Source of the DNA: Candidatus Omnitrophota bacterium
GTDB taxonomy: Bacteria; Omnitrophota; Gorgyraeia; B26-G9
DNA length: 64,000 nucleotides
Reading direction: 5' to 3'
NCBI GenBank assembly: GCA_043814605.1
Contig: JBDRJV010000005.1
Span: 11,453 to 75,452 of the forward strand
Shown here: in pieces, positions 56,971 through 64,000 of the stretch
How the letters are laid out: the number at the start of each line of letters is the position of its first letter
Numbering within the stretch: position 1 is the stretch's first letter
Position numbers and translations under genes: made by a program
Notes under the pieces: model-generated
The model's input: the letters and a program-made list of their open reading frames with translations, nothing else
Databases searched by the model: none
What the model was told of the DNA's origin: nothing

Positions 56971-59361
56971 ATGATTAATAAAAATTCAGGTATAGCGTTA
57001 ATCTTAAGCGTTGGCATCCTGGCAATCCTGGCTATGGTTGCCATAGGTTTTTCTACTTTTTCCCGTTTAGAATTAAAATCCACAGAGAATTATCTAAATC
57101 AATTAAAATCAGAGTTTATTGCGGAAGCGGCAATTGCGCAAGCCATTAACTATTTAAAGAATTCCAATGAAGGCCCAAGAAATGATCCCTATGATCAGAA
57201 AAATGAAGCTTGGTATTATCAAGGTAATGCCAGCGGTAACGGAGTCAGCGTTGATTTAGTTAATGCGACGCATGTTTCCTTGGATAATTTAAATATAACC
57301 ACAGGTGATGGGATATCCGATCGCTTTGGCGGGGGAAATTTTAAGTTAAAAATAGTTGATTGCGGAAGTTTAATTAATATCAATACTCCGTTAGATAATA
57401 CAGATGATGAAAATGATTTTGAAAATATTCTTGTGGCATTAGGCTTAACCCAGGCTCAAGCGCAAAACCTGATTGTTTATCGTCAAACTTTACCAGAAGG
57501 TAAATTTACATCTCCCGAGGAAATAAAACTGGTTGCGGGTATTGGCCAGGGTACGTATGATTCCCTAAAATATTTTATAACCCTTTATGGAGATGCGGAT
57601 GATGCCCTAGGTCATACTAACCGGGTTTTTATTAATGTGAATACAGCATCAAGTATTGTGCTTTATGCAGTGCTTCGGCCTTTAATGGATAGTCAAGTGC
57701 AATGTAATAATTTAATTAATACGATAATTATCCGTCAAGAGGCAAATCCTTTCGATGGAATTGGACAAGATGCAAATATCCGTGACTTTTGTTCAGCGCG
57801 TGAAGAATTTAAACGTTTTTTAGAATACCAGCAAGGTATGGGAATAATTTCCCAGGCAAATCTAGATAATATTGTGAAAAACACTGATCCGAACAATAAT
57901 ATGACAGATACTACACATTTGGGGTTTGATAGTAATGGATATTATGAAATTGAAGCTATCGGGATTTATCGTAATGCGCAAAAAAGTATAAAAAAAGTAG
58001 TGTATGTTTTTAATAAGCTTTATTATACTTTAGAAACTGAGTTTAATCAGGGTACATTTATGCGCTGTACATCCCGTGTTAATGTACCCGTTAATATTGC
58101 TCAATGCTATGCGGGGTTTAATTATATACCAGAAACTTCTACTGCTGATCCGAATCATGCCCAAACGATTAGCAATTCCATAAAACCCGGGTTTTGGGAT
58201 GATTTTGAAGATATTCCTTATAGTATTTCAGTTTGGGATCCATTACAAGCACAGATTAATGCCACCTCACGCGCAACATATAATATCGCGGCACGGATAC
58301 AAAAAGTAAGCGGTATTTTAGAAAGCACAATGCTTCATACCGGATATTTAAATGTGTATCCCACAAATTTATTTCCTAAAATTCGTTTAGGAATTAGTCC
58401 TGATTTAAATTGGATTTGGGGGAACGGTCTTATAATTGTGCATATTGAAGATGAAATGGATTATTATGATTCAGTGGGAAATTTAATTGATGCTGATTAT
58501 ACAAGGGGTAACTTACCTTGGCCGGCAGTGCCATTCGGATATGGTGCTCCTCCCGGACCTTATCCTAATGATGGGAATCCAGTGGATAGCACATTTTCTT
58601 ATGAAAAATATATGAACTGTGGCTGGCTGCTTTTTAAGATCAGAGGAACACGAGAGCTAGCAGCATATATTGCCAATGAACAAATTGAATCAGGCTGGAC
58701 TTGGGTAGCCATGCAAAATAAATGGCTCTATTTTGTTCCGAATACTTTAAGTAAAAACCTGATAATTTCTCAACTTCTTAATTTAAATTCTAAGGCTTTG
58801 GCTCAATATTATCCGGATAAAACTATTCATGTTACTTCAACCGGTACAACTTCCAGGGCAATAGCATATTGGGCCGGAGGTTCGTCAGCTCCGGAAATAT
58901 CCTGGGATTTTGGCCTGAATGCGCAACCGGGACAAGTTGCTCTATTTGGCATGGATAATTGTCCGAGTATGGATAATGTGCGTGTAATTCCGGAACAAAG
59001 CTATTTCACCTCTGGTTTAAGTGATGATGTGGGCAATGCAGATTGGGGAACAATTAGTGCGGGTGTGACAATTTCAGATGGGGCACAAATCCGGCCGCTA
59101 GATGCTAAAGAAGATGTATCAGTATATTTGACCACAGATCTTACTGATCCGGCTAATGTTGATGATCATCCGGTTACTGACCTGGGCTTAAGTGTAATTC
59201 CGGCATCTGGGGGAGCTTTACCCAGCAACGGTTTATCCAGAATACAATTTCGCGCTTATTTAATGGTTAATTTAGCCAGTTACAATCAAATCCCTGTTTT
59301 AGAAGATATTACGATTACTTATTTACCAAAAACTAAAATTGTTTGGCAAAATAAAAATTAG
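56971..59361 (+). CDS. large GspK/PilX-like pseudopilin with HhH motif and extended C-terminal domain
   Basis: NSG|IALILSV prepilin start without E5, LININT, F.S.EEIKLVAGIG HhH, INVNTAS. Confidence 0.75.
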   Translation: MINKNSGIALILSVGILAILAMVAIGFSTFSRLELKSTENYLNQLKSEFIAEAAIAQAINYLKNSNEGPRNDPYDQKNEAWYYQGNASGNGVSVDLVNATHVSLDNLNITTGDGISDRFGGGNFKLKIVDCGSLININTPLDNTDDENDFENILVALGLTQAQAQNLIVYRQTLPEGKFTSPEEIKLVAGIGQGTYDSLKYFITLYGDADDALGHTNRVFINVNTASSIVLYAVLRPLMDSQVQCNNLINTIIIRQEANPFDGIGQDANIRDFCSAREEFKRFLEYQQGMGIISQANLDNIVKNTDPNNNMTDTTHLGFDSNGYYEIEAIGIYRNAQKSIKKVVYVFNKLYYTLETEFNQGTFMRCTSRVNVPVNIAQCYAGFNYIPETSTADPNHAQTISNSIKPGFWDDFEDIPYSISVWDPLQAQINATSRATYNIAARIQKVSGILESTMLHTGYLNVYPTNLFPKIRLGISPDLNWIWGNGLIIVHIEDEMDYYDSVGNLIDADYTRGNLPWPAVPFGYGAPPGPYPNDGNPVDSTFSYEKYMNCGWLLFKIRGTRELAAYIANEQIESGWTWVAMQNKWLYFVPNTLSKNLIISQLLNLNSKALAQYYPDKTIHVTSTGTTSRAIAYWAGGSSAPEISWDFGLNAQPGQVALFGMDNCPSMDNVRVIPEQSYFTSGLSDDVGNADWGTISAGVTISDGAQIRPLDAKEDVSVYLTTDLTDPANVDDHPVTDLGLSVIPASGGALPSNGLSRIQFRAYLMVNLASYNQIPVLEDITITYLPKTKIVWQNKN

Positions 59362-59430
59362 AAATTTTTTGCCGTATATATTATAATAAACAGCTAATAA
59401 ATTTAAAACTTTAATAATTTTTAAAAGGAG

Positions 59431-59766
59431 GTGTGGTTTTTGGAAGAACGCAGAAAATCACAAAGGTTAGAGAGAAATATGCCGGCGCGCTATAAAACCG
59501 GAAACAAAAATCAGATTGATCAAAAAATTCAAAATGTGAAATCAGAAAATATTTCAACAGGCGGATTAAAGTTGATTACGTCCCGGCAGATGGAAATAGG
59601 AACGGAAGTTAATATCGAAATAAGCGTGGAGGGTTCTTTAAAACCTTTTTATGCGCGGGGTGAAGTTATTTGGGTTAACCAGATTTTGGCACAAGAGGCA
59701 AAAAAATTTGAAGTGGGCATAAAATTCAAACGCGTTATGAGTAAAAAAGATTTAGTCGATTTTTAA
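59431..59766 (+). CDS. PilZ domain protein
   Basis: RRKSQR and NISTGG motifs, GEVIWV, VGIKF. Confidence 0.88.
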   Translation: MWFLEERRKSQRLERNMPARYKTGNKNQIDQKIQNVKSENISTGGLKLITSRQMEIGTEVNIEISVEGSLKPFYARGEVIWVNQILAQEAKKFEVGIKFKRVMSKKDLVDF

Positions 59767-59898
59767 TAGATTCAATTAAATTTAAGCTTTATTTTTGATT
59801 TTTTTAAAGTTTATGCTAAAATACCAATTAATTATTTTAAAATAATTACAGACAAGCTGTGAGACTAAATTCAGGGCATCAAATTTAAAGGAATTTTT

Positions 59899-60261
59899 GT
59901 GGACCAAAGTACAGATAAAAGAAGGCATTATCGCCTCGCGGCTTTTTTAGAAGGTACTTTTAAAACTCAAGACGAAAAAACCGGCTTGATTATGATTACT
60001 AATTTTACCCGGGAAGGGGTAAAAGGATCTTTAAACCGTAAAATTGGGATTAATCAGATAATCAAAATAGAAATGTGGGTTCCGGGAAGTATTATTCCTA
60101 TTTTTGCTCAAGGAGAAGTAGTCTGGATAAAAAATGCAGATTGGGAATGGACCTATCAATTTGATGCCGGAATAAAAATAATTGAAATCGATATTGAAGA
60201 TAGACAAAGAATCTTGGATTTTGCTTATGAGCATTGGCGTAATGCCCGGGGGAAAGTATGA
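59899..60261 (+). CDS. PilZ domain protein
   Basis: RRHYR, NFTREG, GEVVW, AGIKI. Confidence 0.8.
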   Translation: MDQSTDKRRHYRLAAFLEGTFKTQDEKTGLIMITNFTREGVKGSLNRKIGINQIIKIEMWVPGSIIPIFAQGEVVWIKNADWEWTYQFDAGIKIIEIDIEDRQRILDFAYEHWRNARGKV

Positions 60262-61685
60262 GACAATATTGGAATAATACTAAAGTAATTTGTACGATTG
60301 GTCCGGCCTGCAATCACCGGGGTATTTTAAAAAAGATGATTTTATCCGGTATGGATATAGCGCGTTTCAACTTTTCACACGGCAAACCGGAAGAACATGT
60401 GCGTCAGATAAAAATCGTTAAATCTCTGGAGGCGGATTTAAAAATGCCAGTCGGCGTTTTACAGGATTTGCCGGGTCCGAAAATAAGAATCGGAGCATTA
60501 AAAAATGAATCTATATTTTTAAAAGAAGGGGAGCTGTTTTACCTGAGCAGTAAAACAATTATCGGGACAAAAGAAGGGGTTTCGGTGAATCATCCGGCTT
60601 TTATAAAACAGCTTAAAAAAAATAGCGTAGTTTATTTAAATGACGGTATGGTAAAACTGGTTGTTATTTCAAAATCTCCGGATCGGGTGATATGCTCTGT
60701 TTTATCCGGCGGTAGGATTTATTCCAAAAAAGGGGTGAGCTGTCCGAATCAGTTTTTAAATCTTAGCGCAGTGACGCCGTATGATCTTGAGTGTTTAAAA
60801 TATGGGATAGAAGCTGGGGTTGATTTTATTGCAGTATCTTTTGTCCAGTCAGCAAAAGACATCCTCAAAATAAAAAACTATTTAACACAAAAAAATAAAC
60901 AGATTTTTGTAATTGCGAAAATTGAGAGAAAAATAGCCTTTGAGGATATTGATAATATTATAAAAATAAGCGATGCCGTAATGGTGGCCCGGGGTGATTT
61001 GGGGATTGAAGCAGATTTAGAGGAAGTTCCTTTTTTGCAAAAGGAAATCATAAAAAAATCTAATGCTCTAGGAAAACCGGTTATTACCGCAACCCAAATG
61101 CTAGAATCAATGGTTTATAATCCGCAACCGACGCGGGCAGAGGTTACAGATATTGCCAATGCAATTTTAGACGGGACAGATGCGTTAATGCTTTCTGAGG
61201 AAACAGCGGTGGGTAAATATCCGCTGCAAACTCTAAAAACAATGCTCAAAATTGCAACAAGGAGCGAGCAGGATTTATTTGAATTTAAAAGAAAAATATC
61301 TCCTTGCACGGAAAATAAAGATGCCAATTTAGTCGAGTCATTTTCTGAAGCTTCTGTAAATGTAGCCAGAAATATAAAGGCAAAGGCGATAATTGTTCCG
61401 ACGGCTAATGCAAATGCTATTTCCTGGCTAAGTCGTAAGCGTCCGGATAATATGATTGTGGGAGTTACCGCAAAGCCAGATGTATATAAAAAGTTAATTT
61501 TATTTTGGGGTGTTTATCCGATTCTTGTAAAAAAATTTTACGGGATAGGGCCTGCCCTGGCAAAATGCATGCAACTGGTAAAACAAAAAGGGATTGTAAA
61601 GAAGCATGATAATATTGTGGTTATGTTAACAAACGATAATCTTCTTTTTAATTCAAATATTATGGAAGTTAAAAAAGTTACCTGA
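60258..61685 (+). CDS. pyk: pyruvate kinase
   Basis: TKVICTIGP, ARFNFSHG, IAKIE, MVARGDLG, ATQMLESM. Confidence 0.95.
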   Translation: MRQYWNNTKVICTIGPACNHRGILKKMILSGMDIARFNFSHGKPEEHVRQIKIVKSLEADLKMPVGVLQDLPGPKIRIGALKNESIFLKEGELFYLSSKTIIGTKEGVSVNHPAFIKQLKKNSVVYLNDGMVKLVVISKSPDRVICSVLSGGRIYSKKGVSCPNQFLNLSAVTPYDLECLKYGIEAGVDFIAVSFVQSAKDILKIKNYLTQKNKQIFVIAKIERKIAFEDIDNIIKISDAVMVARGDLGIEADLEEVPFLQKEIIKKSNALGKPVITATQMLESMVYNPQPTRAEVTDIANAILDGTDALMLSEETAVGKYPLQTLKTMLKIATRSEQDLFEFKRKISPCTENKDANLVESFSEASVNVARNIKAKAIIVPTANANAISWLSRKRPDNMIVGVTAKPDVYKKLILFWGVYPILVKKFYGIGPALAKCMQLVKQKGIVKKHDNIVVMLTNDNLLFNSNIMEVKKVT

Positions 61686-61711
61686 TTAACTTCCCGATTA
61701 GTAATTTAAAT

Positions 61712-62998
61712 ATGATGAAAAGCTTAAAAAAAATAAAGATTATTTTTTCTAAAATTGGGAGAGTTTTTTTTGTTTTTATCCTGTTTTTTCTCTTAAATTT
61801 TAAGTTATGTTATGCGGTAGATATTCCTCGGATTGCTAAAATTTATCCTGAGTACGGAAAGATAAATGTAGATACTCTTACCGAAATATCCATAATTTTT
61901 AATACACAAATGGATAAAGAATCTATTGAAAAAAATTTTTTTATCTATCCGGAAATCAAGGGTGAATTCAGTTGGCAGGAAAATACGCTTATTTTTAAAC
62001 CTCAAGAACCTCTCTTGCCGTCAACGTCATACTTTGTCACGTTTACTCCGCAATTAAAAACAACAAAAAATATTCCTTTGGTTTTAACTTATTTTTCTAC
62101 TCCGGCCCAGGGACTATGCTTAGGTTTAAATGGTAACATTAATATTGTTAGTATTAATGGAAAGTCCGAAGAAATACCGGTTAAAGGTATGAATCCGGTT
62201 TGGACGCCGGATAACAAAAGAGTTATTTATGAGTATCAGGGGAAAATCTGGCAAGTTAATACGAACGGGGAAAATAGTGTTCCGTTACTTGAGGATGGTT
62301 TTACTTTTCAGGCTTCCCAGCCGGAATGCAACCCTGTCGCAGATTTAATCGCTTTTATCGGAACTAATGCTGCTGAATGTGACAATATTTACACCATTGA
62401 AACAAAGACAAAAATTGTCAAACAGCTAACTTCATTTTTTGAACCAAATTTAATAAATAATTTGCGTTGGTCTCCGGATGGATTGTATCTAGCTTTTTTA
62501 AGAGCTGGCCAAGTCTGGATTATGAATCAGGATGGAACAGGTTTAAGTAAGTTAACAACGGATGAATTAACTTGTAAAACGAATTTTGCCTGGAGCCCGG
62601 GGGGCACAAAAATTGTTTTTAGCGGTGAGGATAATATTTGGATTGGAGATATTTATTCTTATGAGTTAAGAAAAATGACATTTGATAGTCCAAATATAGG
62701 GATGTTAGATTGGTCAAATGATAATAAAATTGTTTTTGAAAGCGAAGGGATTACAATTATGAATGCGGATGGCAGTAATGAATTACAGATTACCACGGCA
62801 GGGAAAAAACCAGTTTGGGTGAATGGCGGGGAAATATTAAGTTTTGTGTTGCCTTTACATAAAGATGATTATAGCGCCCAATTATGGATCATGAGTGCTA
62901 ACGGGATGAGTAAAGATAAAATTGCGGTTCTGGACTGGCGTTATCCGGGAATTAGCTGGTCAAAAAACTTGGGTTTTAAAAAATTATTTTCGCCTTAA
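61712..62998 (+). CDS. secreted Ig-like (Big_5) + TolB-like beta-propeller protein
   Basis: Signal/TM, ISIIFNTQMD, repeated WSPDG/WTPD and IMNADG motifs. Confidence 0.8.
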   Translation: MMKSLKKIKIIFSKIGRVFFVFILFFLLNFKLCYAVDIPRIAKIYPEYGKINVDTLTEISIIFNTQMDKESIEKNFFIYPEIKGEFSWQENTLIFKPQEPLLPSTSYFVTFTPQLKTTKNIPLVLTYFSTPAQGLCLGLNGNINIVSINGKSEEIPVKGMNPVWTPDNKRVIYEYQGKIWQVNTNGENSVPLLEDGFTFQASQPECNPVADLIAFIGTNAAECDNIYTIETKTKIVKQLTSFFEPNLINNLRWSPDGLYLAFLRAGQVWIMNQDGTGLSKLTTDELTCKTNFAWSPGGTKIVFSGEDNIWIGDIYSYELRKMTFDSPNIGMLDWSNDNKIVFESEGITIMNADGSNELQITTAGKKPVWVNGGEILSFVLPLHKDDYSAQLWIMSANGMSKDKIAVLDWRYPGISWSKNLGFKKLFSP

Positions 62999-64000
62999 AT
63001 GAGCCGCGGGGATTTTAAGCGCATTTCTGTATTTAGTTACGGTCCGCCGCGAAATATGCATACCTTTTTCTTTCAGAATATTCACTAGTTCCTGATCGGT
63101 CAAGGGAGAATGGGCAGGCTCGGTTTTAATTAATTCATCAATTGTTGCTTTTATTTTTTGATTGGAAAGCTCTCCCGCCTGAGAATTAATAGCTTGTGAA
63201 AAAAAATTTTTTAACTCAAAAGTCCCGTAAGGAGTTTGAATATATTTATTCGCAATTGTCCGGCTGACTGTGGAAGAGTGGATATCTAATTTAAGCGCAA
63301 TATCTTTTAAAGTAAGCGGTTTAAGATTTAAAATGCCTTTTTCAATAAATTCACTTTGAAATTCAATAATAGACTGAGTGACTTTTTTTAAGGTTTGTTC
63401 TCTTTGATTTAATCCGCTGATTAAATTTTCCGCAGTTTTTAATTTTTCCCGTATATATTCAAGGGTTTCTTTGGGGCAATTTTTTTCCTTTAAGAGTTTT
63501 TTGTACATTCCAGAAATGGACAATCGCGGCAGGTTTTTTGAATTGATGATTATTTCAAAACCCTCAGGGGTTTTTTCTAGAATTACATCTGGGACAATAC
63601 GCAGCGCTTCGGTTGCATAATTACGGCAGGGTTTAGGGTCAAGGCTGCTGATTTTCTCTGTGCATTTTTTTACTTGCCCTAGGGTCATTTTTAATGCTTT
63701 ACTGATTTGAGAATATTTTCTTTTAGCAAGTTCGGGCAGGAAATTTTTAACAATAGCTGCTTCCGGTGAATTTTCCTTATTCTGGCGTTTTAGTTGCAGC
63801 AACAGGCATTCTTTAAGATCCCGGGCTCCAATCCCGGCAGGTTCCAGGGTTTGGATTTGTGTTAAAACTTGATTGGCCATATCAATCGTGATGTTTAAAC
63901 TTTTAGCTATTTCTTCCAGCGGTGTTACCAAATATCCATTATCCGCAATATTGCCAATAATTTCTTCGGCGATTAAATGCATTTGTGGCTGGTCATTAAT
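62984..64000 (-). CDS. rpoN: RNA polymerase sigma-54 factor, 5'-truncated by window edge
   Basis: EPAGIGARDLKECL, LKPLTLKDIA, STVSR, RpoN box SRRTVTKYR. Confidence 0.95.
   Translation of the reverse strand: MNDQPQMHLIAEEIIGNIADNGYLVTPLEEIAKSLNITIDMANQVLTQIQTLEPAGIGARDLKECLLLQLKRQNKENSPEAAIVKNFLPELAKRKYSQISKALKMTLGQVKKCTEKISSLDPKPCRNYATEALRIVPDVILEKTPEGFEIIINSKNLPRLSISGMYKKLLKEKNCPKETLEYIREKLKTAENLISGLNQREQTLKKVTQSIIEFQSEFIEKGILNLKPLTLKDIALKLDIHSSTVSRTIANKYIQTPYGTFELKNFFSQAINSQAGELSNQKIKATIDELIKTEPAHSPLTDQELVNILKEKGMHISRRTVTKYRNALKIPAAHLRRK

Noticed and set aside
62984-62998. 15-nt convergent overlap of the TolB-like gene and rpoN
   Set aside because: Short tail-to-tail overlaps are common in compact genomes
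1-64000. tRNA, rRNA, transposase, integrase or prophage genes
   Set aside because: None recognisable in the ORF track or intergenic regions

Overview
AT-rich bacterial chromosome segment, probably PVC superphylum and plausibly Ca. Omnitrophota. This placement is inferred from a Verrucomicrobia/Planctomycetes-type conserved protein, AFT-type prepilins and the gene set. The left half is mostly housekeeping: mtaB, a pilMNOPQ operon, rng, rplU-rpmA-obg-proBA-nadD-corC-rsfS, HD-GYP, argS, lpd, a helicase, a GH94 phosphorylase, an ATP-dependent DNA ligase and surE. The right half carries a Wzx/Wzy polysaccharide locus with exosortase/EpsI and two PEP-CTERM proteins. That locus is headed by a secretin instead of Wza and is followed by a GspK/PilX-like gene, two PilZ genes, pyk, a TolB-like gene and rpoN. 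The most striking element is a ~340-nt non-coding RNA at 33696-34037. It is a c-di-GMP-I (GEMM) aptamer whose P2 core is interrupted twice by 72-73-nt double-hairpin inserts. Each insert forms a perfect four-way junction, and removing both restores a canonical aptamer. All calls come from reading motifs by eye; no searches or folding programs were run.
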